IMG/VR virus record: IMGVR_UViG_3300045988_100580
Coordinates: 17,594-81,593 of that record
Reading direction: 5' to 3' (one strand)
DNA: 64,000 bases
Origin: a virus
This document shows, in pieces, positions 10,801 to 20,496 of this stretch. The notes beneath the pieces were generated by a model. That model saw nothing but the letters and a program-made list of their open reading frames with translations. It ran no database searches and had not been told where the DNA came from. The translations under genes and the position numbers were made by a program. Numbering within the stretch: position 1 is the stretch's first letter; each line of letters starts with the position of its first letter.

Positions 10801-13800
10801 TCTTACTGCGAGAGAAAAAGATGTGTATGATAAATACAAACAAGATTTTGATGATTATGTATCGTCTTTAGGTGATAGTCCTGTTAATCTCATAAAATCA
10901 TTATCTGAGAAGGCTGATAGGCTTACAAGTCCGAGATCAGTATATGAGGAAAATAAAGCTATTATTGATATGGCTAAGTCTAATTTGGAGCCAGATCAAA
11001 GAAAGGAGCTTGATGATGCTATTTCTTCGTATGTTGATATAATGAACAGACGGGACAAAGGAGAGAAAGTTGACGAAGATAAGCTTGCTGATTCGGTGTT
11101 TACCATAGAAGATCTTGGCCAGGTTGGAAACATCACAGATCTCCTTCCTTATATCGAGCAAAACAGGATTATTGACAAAGGTCGTATTTCCGAATCTACG
11201 TTAAGTGATTTCGGGGAGGATGATGCTAACATAGATTCTCTTGTAAATGAGTTAGATGAATCCGATAATACGCCTGGAGCTAACATAGATAGCGCCCAGA
11301 ATCCAGAGACGTTGATGGTTAGAAGAATATCCAACGATGGCAACGAAAGGTATGAAATTGCAGGTCTTAGAGCCGATAAATTTATATCTTCTATAAAATC
11401 ATTGGTTCCTATTCAAATAAGCTCTGAAACGAACGCTAATGACACTAAAAGGTATTCTCTTAATATAGGTGGAGAAACGGCTACTATAATTGAATTGCCT
11501 TATCATGCGAGATGGTCTATAGACAAAGAATCGGCTCGTGTTCTTAACCGTTACACAGACGTGTCTATTCAGGACGTGGGTAATTCCTATTCTTTGGTTT
11601 ATAAGCGTCTTGATTCAGATGAATTGGTTCCGTACAGAACAGGTGTCGGATTCGGAGAGAATGAGGTAGATAAAATAGATCAGGAAGCATTATCTTCTTT
11701 GAAAAAAGGAGATAAGGTTAATCTCGAAATAGATGTAAATGATACCTATAATCAGTCTCTTTTTGCCGAATACAATGACGCTGTTCAGTCCGGCGATAAA
11801 AAAAGAATAGAATCTGCTGAGAATAAACTGGTATCCAATATGGTTATCAAGGTCATGAGTGGGAACAGATTCGTTTCTGTTGTAAAAGCTGATACAGGAG
11901 GCATAGATGGTATAAGTAAAATAAGAAGAACGGCTTTTAACAAGTGGAAGAAGGACGCCGGCCGGTCGGCTACCATCGGCGTCGGCACGCATGTTGTTGC
12001 CCAGACCCTTCCCGGAAGACCGGTGTTTAACATGAAGGTGAACGGTCAAGGATATGGCCAGGTAGAAAATCTCCCTATTACCGAAAAAGGTGCTGAAAAA
12101 GTATCTGATGTCGGATATGTATTAAATGGCAAAGTCGTGCTTAAGAACGGATCTAAATACACAGGCTTCCCATTTGCTTATTCTATATTAAATGACAAGG
12201 GGAATAATTACAAAAATGTAAGAGTTCCGGTAGTCGTCATCAAAGGTAAAAACGGTCTTAATTATCTTTTCCCAGTTAGCCTACGTTCTGTGGAATCAGA
12301 GGAAGGGCGGAAATGGATGTCTTTTATAGATATGCTGCTTGAATCCGGTGATTCTGAATTGCTACAGATGGGTCAAGATGATATACAAGATCTTAATGCG
12401 TATCTAACCAAGTTAGGTCTTGATCCGGCTTCGTATCAAGTATCGTATTTGAATCCTATTTCAGGTCTTAGAAAAGCTCGTGAGGCTATAGAAGAATTAT
12501 CTACAGTTCCTGATGTTGTTAAGTGGGTAGAAGATGGAAGTAGGAGTGTGAAAGACATTGTGACGTCTGAAGTAGAATCTGGAATAGATTTCGAAGGTGA
12601 GATGTTTGTTGCTCCTAAGATCAGGATTCAGTTTGGTAAATCATCTTCCAGACCTAAATCACTTATAGAGGATGATCTTCCTTTCTCTGATGAGGGTAAG
12701 ACCGTTACTTCTAAAGAAGACGTGGATGTTTATGAAGAGGAAATGCCAGAGGAAGGGGCTGTCCGGGAGACTCAGCCGGCGCCATTAGCTCAGCCGACTC
12801 CTGCGGCACAAGCTGCGCGGTCTTTACCTGGCAAGAAGCGTACCTCCAGGAAAAACTTCTCTCTTATGTTAAACGAAATAGAATCTCATATAGAAAAAGA
12901 AGGATTGCCGTCTTATGCTAATATTTTTGATTTTATAGCAAGGAAGATTGTAGGAGGTGATTTGAGGTTTCTTCGTGAGAGAGGTAACCCTAAAAGCCTT
13001 AAGGAAGAAATGGGATTAGAACCTAAAGGAACAGTAGGTGATAAAATATCCACTCCTTCCAGTAAAGGTGGTAAGACCTTAGAAGAATACGTTTCTTGGC
13101 TTCGTTCTCAAACAGATCAGGTGGTGGTTGATTATGTTGGGCCAAGATCTGACGAACAAATTATATCAGAGTTGAAAAACTTTTTGAAATATATTAATTT
13201 TGTTCCAAGCAAGGCTTTGAATTATTCTCTTAGAGTCAATGGCATGGATACCCTAAAAGAATATGGCACAAAAGAGGAAGTAGAAAAAATGGAATCTGAT
13301 ATCAATAGTTTGGTTTCTAAAGTTTTGCCTACGGTGGATAATAAAACTGTAGAAGATGTTTCTACTGCAATAAAATCAAACAACTTGCCTGCCATATGGG
13401 AGCCCGTGGAAAGCCTTGATATGACAAACGAGGAAAAAATAGAGTTTTTGAATAACGTAGCAGATTTCCTTAGCGGCATACCAGAGTATGATGCTGTCGT
13501 GGAGTCTATAGAGTCAGAATCAGATAATATTTTAAATGATGGAAAAGAAGGAAGTGCAGAAGGCGGTGCAGTACGCACTGAGGAAGATGGCGATAAAAAG
13601 GGAGATGGAGAAGGCAAAGGACAATCCAGAACAAATGTCGAAGTTGAAAGAAATGTCGAATTACCTGGATCTGAAGAAGGAAGAGTAGATAACTATAGGA
13701 AGAACGGAGATAAGTTCTCTGACATTGCTGAAGTTACTTTATGGCTACTTAGAAGGGCTGCCGGCATAACCTCTATCCCGGAAGGAGAAGAGGTTTATGT

Positions 13801-14464
13801 AGAGGGAGATGAGGTTAATAGTATTATGACCGATATGGAATCAAGGTATGGTATAGACACCATCAATCACTCGCATACGACTAAGGCTATAAGGGACCTT
13901 AACGGCGTATCAGGTTATAAAGTAGAATACGGCTTAACCTTTTTGACATACGATCCTTTTATTAGAATATCCAATCTAAGGAAAGGATCTAAGGCTGCGA
14001 AAGACGAACCTCGTATATCCGAAGAGTCGCTTACTCACATATCAAGGGTGACAACCCCTTATTTCCTGTACGGCGGCGATGAAGCATATACATCTGTTCC
14101 GGCTAAGGTAGAACCTATACCGGAGAAGATAATGGGTCGTAATGGCATTAAATTTGGTATGAGTGTAGTCGAGTTAACCAAATTAGGGTACAAAAAAGCT
14201 GGTGGAAACTGGATATATAAATTCTATATGAACTCAGGTGTGTATGATTTGTATAATATCAGTACCGGTGAAGCGTTTAGGGCAAAACCGGATCTTGGAG
14301 TTAAGATAAGTTCCAGCGCATTCATCCGTTCTTTATCTCAATCTGGTAGGAAAATACAAAATATGATTAGTAATATGAGCCAGGAAGAGATAGATAGGAA
14401 TAAGAATCTTGTAGAAGGTTCTGATAATTCGGATTCGATAAATGAGTTAAATAAGGAGTGTTAA
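7823..14464 (+). CDS. Giant protein, 2213 aa; candidate virion-packaged RNA polymerase or cargo protein (hypothesis only)
   Basis: 6.6-kb uninterrupted ORF. No catalytic motif identified by eye. Confidence 0.6.
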   Translation: MADNNIDRYNPAAKTTYEDVARQRKLAEEENYTPATLPETTTPLVPNYMPGEGVYAQPKFPDYASRIAAAEYEEPYIAKEISNSYSEALARNSYRGATPAPPPLNPYGPKVSIRESHQMGNDGVWRTKYPNYIPGINNEDYYARRQSGWSKFWNGVGKFALKSALYGAQGVVSLPDKLINMASEGSYKAALNTNMDKFVGDLDQQIDMLLPHYYKKEVEDYNFGQKLFKDTGNFLWNDVLGNGMSFTVGAMISAYMTGGLGVGSLGNIGAKLGGRIGAKLAARQAANRGIGSLKSVFNDYVRKGVATGRNVGEAAKTMTLLATSAGFESSVEANSFMKQSESDFKDYYRKIYGRDPNAEEMAVFRNSNADVGSAIFAANMGIVGLSNWLLFGKYIGLGGKAIPGLEKKLNKHLFGLGTEVAKPGEMAIKITNPNIGQKIAGNVFNIMKRPVSEGLWEEGSQGAVQNTAEEYVKSRYDNVAMNGAVDVLDAISEGFKKQYTSKEGWTEIGIGAIIGSLFGMREGFFGVKEYSNSQILLERQVNEYNKASSNLNTAALNTLKKSMSLGPQVRSDAQSMTGKELDDAMFEKMSIDNQMGTLEDSAENFRQMVDMMPISEIAEANGISLEEAKKYKDSIIDNYNNRLSDFRSAQSFAEDLIGDDSKIEFRKYVARNAFLGLQSESRMKDIASVIETLSGQPRVAYALNTFSRLSDRARERAMAIRGIRSRIEELESEIEDLATRPRNVEGKDPQAESIQRKTKELESLRTNYNNSLSELSTLIGKEFSIEELVSKTESVLSSPLSPISSQDVIEAYDTLVAFDDYFNVKSRQEKKFTAKDKAMRSLVNEYRRSLMDYRNMNNFLSKMLDKRFLAEENRGFSKALSSLWSTPYKGDDKVPDFAEPNKVGEYDTDEVVDQAVSEGKISEDEAWTIKAFMHALDRVREDRMKETEDDIKESPLTESVSDEDYEAAMDNPIMVPVVRQSIIDKLYTGNADLLTAREKDVYDKYKQDFDDYVSSLGDSPVNLIKSLSEKADRLTSPRSVYEENKAIIDMAKSNLEPDQRKELDDAISSYVDIMNRRDKGEKVDEDKLADSVFTIEDLGQVGNITDLLPYIEQNRIIDKGRISESTLSDFGEDDANIDSLVNELDESDNTPGANIDSAQNPETLMVRRISNDGNERYEIAGLRADKFISSIKSLVPIQISSETNANDTKRYSLNIGGETATIIELPYHARWSIDKESARVLNRYTDVSIQDVGNSYSLVYKRLDSDELVPYRTGVGFGENEVDKIDQEALSSLKKGDKVNLEIDVNDTYNQSLFAEYNDAVQSGDKKRIESAENKLVSNMVIKVMSGNRFVSVVKADTGGIDGISKIRRTAFNKWKKDAGRSATIGVGTHVVAQTLPGRPVFNMKVNGQGYGQVENLPITEKGAEKVSDVGYVLNGKVVLKNGSKYTGFPFAYSILNDKGNNYKNVRVPVVVIKGKNGLNYLFPVSLRSVESEEGRKWMSFIDMLLESGDSELLQMGQDDIQDLNAYLTKLGLDPASYQVSYLNPISGLRKAREAIEELSTVPDVVKWVEDGSRSVKDIVTSEVESGIDFEGEMFVAPKIRIQFGKSSSRPKSLIEDDLPFSDEGKTVTSKEDVDVYEEEMPEEGAVRETQPAPLAQPTPAAQAARSLPGKKRTSRKNFSLMLNEIESHIEKEGLPSYANIFDFIARKIVGGDLRFLRERGNPKSLKEEMGLEPKGTVGDKISTPSSKGGKTLEEYVSWLRSQTDQVVVDYVGPRSDEQIISELKNFLKYINFVPSKALNYSLRVNGMDTLKEYGTKEEVEKMESDINSLVSKVLPTVDNKTVEDVSTAIKSNNLPAIWEPVESLDMTNEEKIEFLNNVADFLSGIPEYDAVVESIESESDNILNDGKEGSAEGGAVRTEEDGDKKGDGEGKGQSRTNVEVERNVELPGSEEGRVDNYRKNGDKFSDIAEVTLWLLRRAAGITSIPEGEEVYVEGDEVNSIMTDMESRYGIDTINHSHTTKAIRDLNGVSGYKVEYGLTFLTYDPFIRISNLRKGSKAAKDEPRISEESLTHISRVTTPYFLYGGDEAYTSVPAKVEPIPEKIMGRNGIKFGMSVVELTKLGYKKAGGNWIYKFYMNSGVYDLYNISTGEAFRAKPDLGVKISSSAFIRSLSQSGRKIQNMISNMSQEEIDRNKNLVEGSDNSDSINELNKEC

Positions 14465-14466
14465 GT

Positions 14467-14997
14467 ATGAGAAGGAGATTTTTTAATGCTGCGGATAATT
14501 TTGTGGGAGGATGTTATAATAAGTTATCCAATGAAGATATAAAAAGGCTTGGAGGAAAAAGACCTTATGTATGTCAGTTTAATAAAATTCATATACATAT
14601 AGGACCTGTATTAAAAGATTATGATTCTGATGTTAGTTACATAATGTTTAATAGTGATTGGAATTATGGTGGTTATGAATCTATGGTTTATAATCATAGC
14701 AATAATGGTATTTTTATATTAGGTGAAAACAAAATTGGTAACATAGAAGATCATATACAAGATCTAACATATTGGTACGAATATGATCCAAGCATTAATG
14801 AAAATTATTGTTATTTTTATTATGAGGCTAATAACAGCGGAAATGCTATCAAGTTGAATGGTGAGTTTGGTGATACCAGTACTGTTTTCAACATTCCCAG
14901 CTTGAAAGTCACCACTCTTCGTGATGGCAGTTTGAGTTTTCCGGAGATTTATATAGAAGGAATTTGGGATCCGTCATTGTATAAGTCGGTTTTATAA
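14467..14997 (+). CDS. Small protein with N-terminal MRRRFF, beta-rich and N/Y/G-rich (177 aa from ATG 14467; the track starts at GTG 14458)
   Basis: AAGGAG 9 nt upstream of ATG 14467. First of three genes beginning MRRRF. Confidence 0.55.
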   Translation: MRRRFFNAADNFVGGCYNKLSNEDIKRLGGKRPYVCQFNKIHIHIGPVLKDYDSDVSYIMFNSDWNYGGYESMVYNHSNNGIFILGENKIGNIEDHIQDLTYWYEYDPSINENYCYFYYEANNSGNAIKLNGEFGDTSTVFNIPSLKVTTLRDGSLSFPEIYIEGIWDPSLYKSVL

Positions 14998-15021
14998 TTA
15001 ACTTTGCAAAAAAGTTAATTA
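14995..15021 (+). promoter_or_regulatory. A/T-only hairpin TAATTAACTT / AAGTTAATTA with 7-nt loop, between the stop at 14997 and ATG 15024
   Basis: 10-bp perfect inverted repeat with no following T-run. Confidence 0.25.
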
Positions 15022-15023
15022 CA

Positions 15024-17282
15024 ATGGGTGTCAAATGTCAGATAGAAAAAAAGGAAAATGAAATAAAACGGGTTAAGGCTCCTAACGGGGAGCCTTCCGT
15101 TCTTTACGAAAGTGCTTTAAAAGTATTAGGAAACAGCGAGCGGGCCCTTCAGGTATGGGCTAAGGCTTACACTCCTGGTTTTTTGTCGTATTACGGTCAT
15201 TGGAATAACCCGGCTCCAGGGGAGATGTTTAACACCGATCCCAATGGCGAACCTCTTTTAGAAGATGTGCTGTCGTATATGAAGCGTCAGACTTATTTTG
15301 CTGATCCTTTAACGGCTCAGGACATTAAGGATGTAAGGGATTTCCTTTTGTCTACTCATTATTTTTTCAATGCGTCTTCATTGTCTAATGCTATTCTCTT
15401 CGATTTTTATGTAGATGGCAGTTTGATACTGAATGAGCAGAAATTAAGGAGATCCGGTTTGTATGATGAAACAGAAATAAGTCGTATTTTATCCGATCCT
15501 TCTGTTTTAAACGAGGTTTCGACTTCCATGAGAAAGTTAATAGATTCTTCTATTAACGAACATGATAGGGAAAAAGATAATTATTTTATGTCTATTGACT
15601 ATCAGTATGGTCCTATTGTTTACAAGGAGGGAGTGTTTAACCAATTTGGTAAAAAAGTACCATATAATCCTTCTGAGCTTTATTGGGCTATGGGCAAAAC
15701 AGTAGCCGGCATAAAAAACTTTTCTGAATTTTCATCTGCTTTTGAATCGTTGAGAAACTCATACCCTGAACTGGTTGAGAAATTCGTTTCTGATAAAGAA
15801 TTTGCCGAATCTATGTTTGATGAGTTCTCATCTACGAATAAGATTCCGGTAATAAACATAGAAGGGGATGATGTGGTAGAAGGCAAGAGAAGATCCTTGT
15901 CTAAGCTACAAGATCTGTCTTATTACAATTCCGGCAAAATAGAGTTCCTAAGAGCTCGTATATCAGCTTATTTACATAGGGCTAATGCCGACACCGAATC
16001 CGACTTAAGAAGCATGATATGGGATATAGAAGAGGCTTGTACGTGGTTTGGCATAGATATAATAGGGACATCGGAAACTTATGATGGCACAGAAGAATCT
16101 TTGAATAAGATAGATAATTTGATGCTGGATCTTGATATTTATGTGGCCAGGCATAATGATGTAAATTATGCTCCAACGCTGGCATCTTCTATAGATGATG
16201 TTCTTGGTGATAGCACAGATTATTATTTTAGATTATTACCGGAGTATATGGATAATTTGAATATCGTTTATTCTGAATCCGATATAGACCCAGTAGAGGC
16301 ATTTGAGAAACATTCATTGCTTAAGGTAGGAGATAATCTATATCAAAGGATCAGCAAAGATGATATTAACGAGATGTATCAAATATCAACAGTGTTAGCC
16401 AAGTACAACCTAACTCATTTTTCTACTAAAATATATCCTGAATCTTGTTTTAAGAACGGCGTTTTGGATAAAGAGAAAGTACGGAACGTAGATAATAATA
16501 CGCTCATGGATTCCATTAAAAAATACGTCAGATCGTTCATGGATTCTCAGAACACAGAGGACATGATAATGACCAGGATGGCGTTTGGACACCCGGCGGT
16601 ACTTGACGTTCCTTACGTGGATGTGGATCGGGAGTATAGTCGATACATGAACAAAAAACAAGATAGCGAAAACCCATTATCCTTATTCGATTTATACCAA
16701 TCTTACCTTGACAACAAACTCCATAAAACAAAATTATATGATAATGCCTATAAGTATCTTGACTTCAAACCTGGTCCATCTTTGGGTCTTATTTCTGATG
16801 ATCCTGATATTTTGAAATCAATAGAATTATCTTTATCTGGAAAAGACAGGTTGATGTTGTTTGATTATAGCATGACCAGTACCGACCCTTCTTTATCAGA
16901 ATTGTTTTATTTGGAGAGGTATGACCCTTCGTATGCTGGGAATGATTTTGAACACTATTTTTACACCAGGCACCCGTATTTGTTAAAAGAAAAATCGGGT
17001 TCTAATATCGTAGAGCAAGATGGTGTTATAACAGCAGAAGGTATTTATGATAATTTTATAAGAGTAGGTAATAAGATATGGTCTAAAGTAAGCGAGAGTA
17101 GTTCCGGCTCTATCTACCAAAATCTGACAGGAACCGAATCGGAGGTGAAATACGATTCTACTCAGAAGGCTAAGACGGTAGAAACTGATTACGCTCCATA
17201 CCAAAACAGATCTGGCTTGACGCAAGACATGACCGTAAGTAAGTCTGAATTGGATGATCTTAACAAATTGGAATGCAGGTAA
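15024..17282 (+). CDS. Hypothetical large protein, 752 aa
   Basis: 2.3-kb ORF with no recognised motif. Confidence 0.6.
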   Translation: MGVKCQIEKKENEIKRVKAPNGEPSVLYESALKVLGNSERALQVWAKAYTPGFLSYYGHWNNPAPGEMFNTDPNGEPLLEDVLSYMKRQTYFADPLTAQDIKDVRDFLLSTHYFFNASSLSNAILFDFYVDGSLILNEQKLRRSGLYDETEISRILSDPSVLNEVSTSMRKLIDSSINEHDREKDNYFMSIDYQYGPIVYKEGVFNQFGKKVPYNPSELYWAMGKTVAGIKNFSEFSSAFESLRNSYPELVEKFVSDKEFAESMFDEFSSTNKIPVINIEGDDVVEGKRRSLSKLQDLSYYNSGKIEFLRARISAYLHRANADTESDLRSMIWDIEEACTWFGIDIIGTSETYDGTEESLNKIDNLMLDLDIYVARHNDVNYAPTLASSIDDVLGDSTDYYFRLLPEYMDNLNIVYSESDIDPVEAFEKHSLLKVGDNLYQRISKDDINEMYQISTVLAKYNLTHFSTKIYPESCFKNGVLDKEKVRNVDNNTLMDSIKKYVRSFMDSQNTEDMIMTRMAFGHPAVLDVPYVDVDREYSRYMNKKQDSENPLSLFDLYQSYLDNKLHKTKLYDNAYKYLDFKPGPSLGLISDDPDILKSIELSLSGKDRLMLFDYSMTSTDPSLSELFYLERYDPSYAGNDFEHYFYTRHPYLLKEKSGSNIVEQDGVITAEGIYDNFIRVGNKIWSKVSESSSGSIYQNLTGTESEVKYDSTQKAKTVETDYAPYQNRSGLTQDMTVSKSELDDLNKLECR

Positions 17283-17324
17283 TTTTTGTATATATATATA
17301 GTTTTTTCATAGTTATAATTTGGG

Positions 17325-17352
17325 AAGTGAGGCTTGTAAAAGTCTCACTTTT
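17325..17352 (+). terminator. Stem AAGTGAG/CTCACTT, 12-nt loop, then TTTTCTT
   Basis: 7-bp perfect stem directly followed by a T-run, downstream of the 752-aa gene. Confidence 0.5.
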
Positions 17353-17788
17353 CTTATATATGCACGTATATCAATAACATACAAGAAAAGTTAGATTTTC
17401 ATTGTTTATGAATTATTTTTGTTAAGTTTGCAATATTAGTTTCAGGAAGGGATTATGGAAATAAGGAAAAAGTAAGAACCGAACGTAACTAATAACAGTA
17501 GGAAATGAGAATCAGTACCATCAAACGTAACAACAGCATTCATCTTATGTATAAAAACATTATGAATGATTTAGGTCAATTAAGAACTGTAGTTTCAAAA
17601 TCCTATATTTATAATCTGATACAAAATCAAACCGGATTAAGTATCATAACTATATCCCATGTACTTAACCATACCAAAGAACAGGATACGGATTCTTTGT
17701 GAAAAGCATGTATTTTCATACATTTGTTCGTTCTTTAGTTTTAGTGGGGAAAAGTTTTTCATGGTATTTTAGTTTAGATTAGTTGAGG

Positions 17789-17823
17789 CAGGATTCGCAG
17801 TGATGCGGATCCTGTTTTGATTT
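17789..17823 (+). promoter_or_regulatory. 11-bp stem CAGGATTCGCA/TGCGGATCCTG (one G-U pair) with GTGA (GNRA) tetraloop, then TTTTGATTT
   Basis: Strong hairpin inside the 750-bp noncoding stretch 17283-18036. Confidence 0.45.
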
Positions 17824-18036
17824 ACAGCGCTTTACCCAAAAAAGGAAAAGCGAAAGTTGCTGATTATCAATTTTTCCCCATAAATGGGGAAAACTACTCG
17901 TTGTATATTATATTTCCGTTTTTACTGAAAATCCTTCCATTTTATCGGAAACAAACTCAGCCTTGTTCCACCCTGCAATCATAATCTTTGTTACGTGCTT
18001 CATGCACGTATGTTTAACAATTAAATACTATAAAAT

Positions 18037-19045
18037 TATGGGTGGTGATAAAATCGTCCTTTTAGATGGAGCCGGGGCTAACGGTGGTGGTGCAGCCACT
18101 AACGGTCTTCTTTCAATGATTCCCGGCATGTTTGCTAATTTGATAGGTGGTAATAAAATGGATCCGAATCTGGTGGCGGCTTTGATGAACGGTCGTAACA
18201 ACCAGGACGGTTTCGGTGGGGCTAACGGTTGGTGGCTCTGGATAATTGTTTTGTTCTGGCTGTGGGGTGGACGCGGCTTCGGTAACGGTTTTGGAAATGG
18301 CGGTGATTGTTGCGCCAATGGTTTGCCGGCTCAGTTGAATAACGATTACGGTCGTGAACTTTTGATGCAGGCAATTCAAGGTAATCGTAGCGCCATAGAT
18401 CAGATTGCTTCTGCTTTGAACTGTTCTACTACTCAACTTCAGAACGCTATCTGCAACGTACAGGGTGCTATTGATAAAGTAGCTGGTCAGGTAGGTATGA
18501 CTTCTCAGGCTGTTATCAACGCAGTTCAACAACAAGGTTGTGAAATAGGAAATCAAATCAGCTCTTGCTGCTGCAATCTGAGTTCGTTGATTAATCAAAG
18601 CACTTGCCAGACTCAGGGAATGATTACTCAGCAAGGTTTTGATAACCAGCTTCGCACGTTGGAACAAACCAATATCTTGCAGAATGGTCTCAACCAAGGT
18701 CTGGCTAACAATCGTGAGCAAGCTACAAGCCAATTCAATATCTTGTCTGCGAAACTTGACGCCCAAACCGTTATGATCAACGACAAATTCTGTCAGTTGG
18801 AAATGAGGGAGATGCAGAACACTATTGCTCAACTTCGTGAAGAAAAAGCGGCTTTGACAGCTTCGGCATTATCTCAGCAACAAACCCAGAATATCGTTGG
18901 TCAATTACGCCCGACGGCCGTCCCGGCCTACCCCTCTTGTTCTCCTTACCAGGCTTATACTTGGGGACAGGTATTCGGAGGAGGTTGCTGTAATAACGGA
19001 TGCGGATGTAACAACGGATGTTGCAATAACAACGCTGCTGTCTGA
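18037..19045 (+). CDS. Low-complexity membrane-associated protein: Gly/Asn/Gln-rich, one Trp-rich TM segment, C-terminal Cys/Gly/Asn repeat CCNNGCGCNNGCCNNN
   Basis: Start taken at ATG 18037 (MGGDKIV); the track begins at 17963. The composition is highly unusual. A mirror ORF at 18113..18832(-) is treated as an artefact. Confidence 0.5.
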
Positions 19046-19068
19046 TTTTATTAAGAAAGGAGGCTAAT

Positions 19069-19482
19069 ATGGCTTGTGTTTCTAAAATAGGATCGTTGTA
19101 TGAGATGGTTACGAAGAATGTTATTGTCAGTACGACAAATACAGTCTTCGGTATTAACCCACGGGCTTGGATCGCCCTTCCGTGTGAGGGTCTTATCCTT
19201 CTTAAGATAAGGCAAGTAGTCCCCACAGCCGGAAGTGCTCTACCGGTACAGATTGCGGTCCCGGCAAACAGCACAGTTTCAACAGTAGGAGCCGACACCT
19301 GTTGCCCGGTTACGGGAGTGAATGTCGTGAACCCTATTAACGTAGCTGTCACGGGTGCTGCTATGGTAAATGGCACAGAACGCCTTCTGTACTTCAATAA
19401 AGTTCGTGGCGTGTTAAGATTAATGGATTGTTGTGTTCCGACAACAACAGCCCAGGCGTCTGAAGTTAAAGCAGGTAAATGA
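19069..19482 (+). CDS. Hypothetical protein, 137 aa
   Basis: AAAGGAGG 9 nt upstream of the ATG, followed by a terminator hairpin. Preferred over the overlapping 18822..19397(-) ORF. Confidence 0.55.
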   Translation: MACVSKIGSLYEMVTKNVIVSTTNTVFGINPRAWIALPCEGLILLKIRQVVPTAGSALPVQIAVPANSTVSTVGADTCCPVTGVNVVNPINVAVTGAAMVNGTERLLYFNKVRGVLRLMDCCVPTTTAQASEVKAGK

Positions 19483-19489
19483 TTTCAGT

Positions 19490-19517
19490 AGGGTGATGAA
19501 GATCATCACCCTATTTT
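19490..19517 (+). terminator. Stem AGGGTGATG/CATCACCCT with 5-nt loop, then ATTTT
   Basis: 9-bp perfect stem with only a T4 run. Confidence 0.45.
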
Positions 19518-19532
19518 CACCTAACTAATATT

Positions 19533-20027
19533 TTGATCATGTTTTCAGATTTGAAGAAAGGGTTTCAGGTACATACCCTTGATACTAATACAGTACCTAA
19601 ATACGAATTGGGAAAGGTAGTAGCCGTATCCGAACCCAGGTATCTTCCTCCTCAGCCAGGTCAGTATCAGGCGATGCAGACCCGCGTGGTGGATCTGACG
19701 GTAGAGCTCACTGGCGAAACCAAGACCTATACGGTCCCGGAATCCCAGAATGTGGCTAAGGCTATGGGCATAACATTATCTACCAGCATAGATCCGATTA
19801 TGAACGAACTGAATGCTATAAAAAACACCAGTCAAGACATAATAAACAGCGTAGATGCCCATCGTGCCAAGATAGAGGCTTGTGAATCTATATTAGAAGA
19901 CATCAATCCGGCATTCAAACAAACGAGAGAGCAGGATCGTAAAATAGCTGGTATAGAAAATAAGGTGAATGACCTTACTGATTCATTCGAAGATTTAAAG
20001 AAGTTAATTGTAGAACGTTTGAAATAA
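19533..20027 (+). CDS. Hypothetical protein, 164 aa
   Basis: ORF track; no motif recognised. Confidence 0.5.
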   Translation: MIMFSDLKKGFQVHTLDTNTVPKYELGKVVAVSEPRYLPPQPGQYQAMQTRVVDLTVELTGETKTYTVPESQNVAKAMGITLSTSIDPIMNELNAIKNTSQDIINSVDAHRAKIEACESILEDINPAFKQTREQDRKIAGIENKVNDLTDSFEDLKKLIVERLK

Positions 20028-20034
20028 GTGTAAT

Positions 20035-20403
20035 ATGATAGTATATGATTTAAATTCAGGACACAGAGAATATCCTGGATATGACGAGATAGAAGACAGA
20101 CGAGGTGGAGGCAGAGGCAGAAGCCGGCGTTCTGATGGGACGTACATGGGGTACGGTGGTGGTATTTACGACCATTACGGTATGCATGAGAAGATGAAGG
20201 AAATGGAAGAACGCGAAAACGAGCTGGAAGAAAGGGAAAGAAGGCTTGAAGAGCGCGAACGTCGTCATGAAATGGAGGACCGGGAATACCGGAGGATGGG
20301 TTACGAATCCTACCCGACCGATTACTATGGAGACGACAGATACTACGGTGACGGACCTCAGATGCGTAGAGGTCGCGGACGTGGCAGAGGTCGTTCTTAT
20401 TGA
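20035..20403 (+). CDS. RGG/RG- and Tyr-rich low-complexity protein with ERE repeats (ends GRGRGRGRGRSY)
   Basis: 122-aa ORF ending at TGA 20401-20403. The same frame continues open to 20790. Confidence 0.5.
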   Translation: MIVYDLNSGHREYPGYDEIEDRRGGGRGRSRRSDGTYMGYGGGIYDHYGMHEKMKEMEERENELEERERRLEERERRHEMEDREYRRMGYESYPTDYYGDDRYYGDGPQMRRGRGRGRGRSY

Positions 20404-20496
20404 GGAGCAGACGCAGAGGATCCAGCTTATCAGAAATATGTAGATACTTACGGCTACCATTTTTCTAATGCTCTCGCTGATGAGGCGGTAAAGAAG

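Noticed and set aside
14467-14490. MRRRF as a twin-arginine (Tat) signal peptide
   Set aside because: No hydrophobic h-region follows in any of the three proteins, so it is not a Tat signal.
17505-17702. 65-aa ORF in the 17.3-18.0 kb noncoding region
   Set aside because: AT-rich, no start signals, and it would sit amid hairpins and terminators. Probably a chance ORF.
18113-19397. Minus-strand ORFs 18113..18832 and 18822..19397 overlapping the low-complexity gene and the 19069 gene
   Set aside because: They mirror the Gly/Gln/Cys-rich coding strand. The plus-strand genes have start context (SD at 19054) and fit the operon direction.
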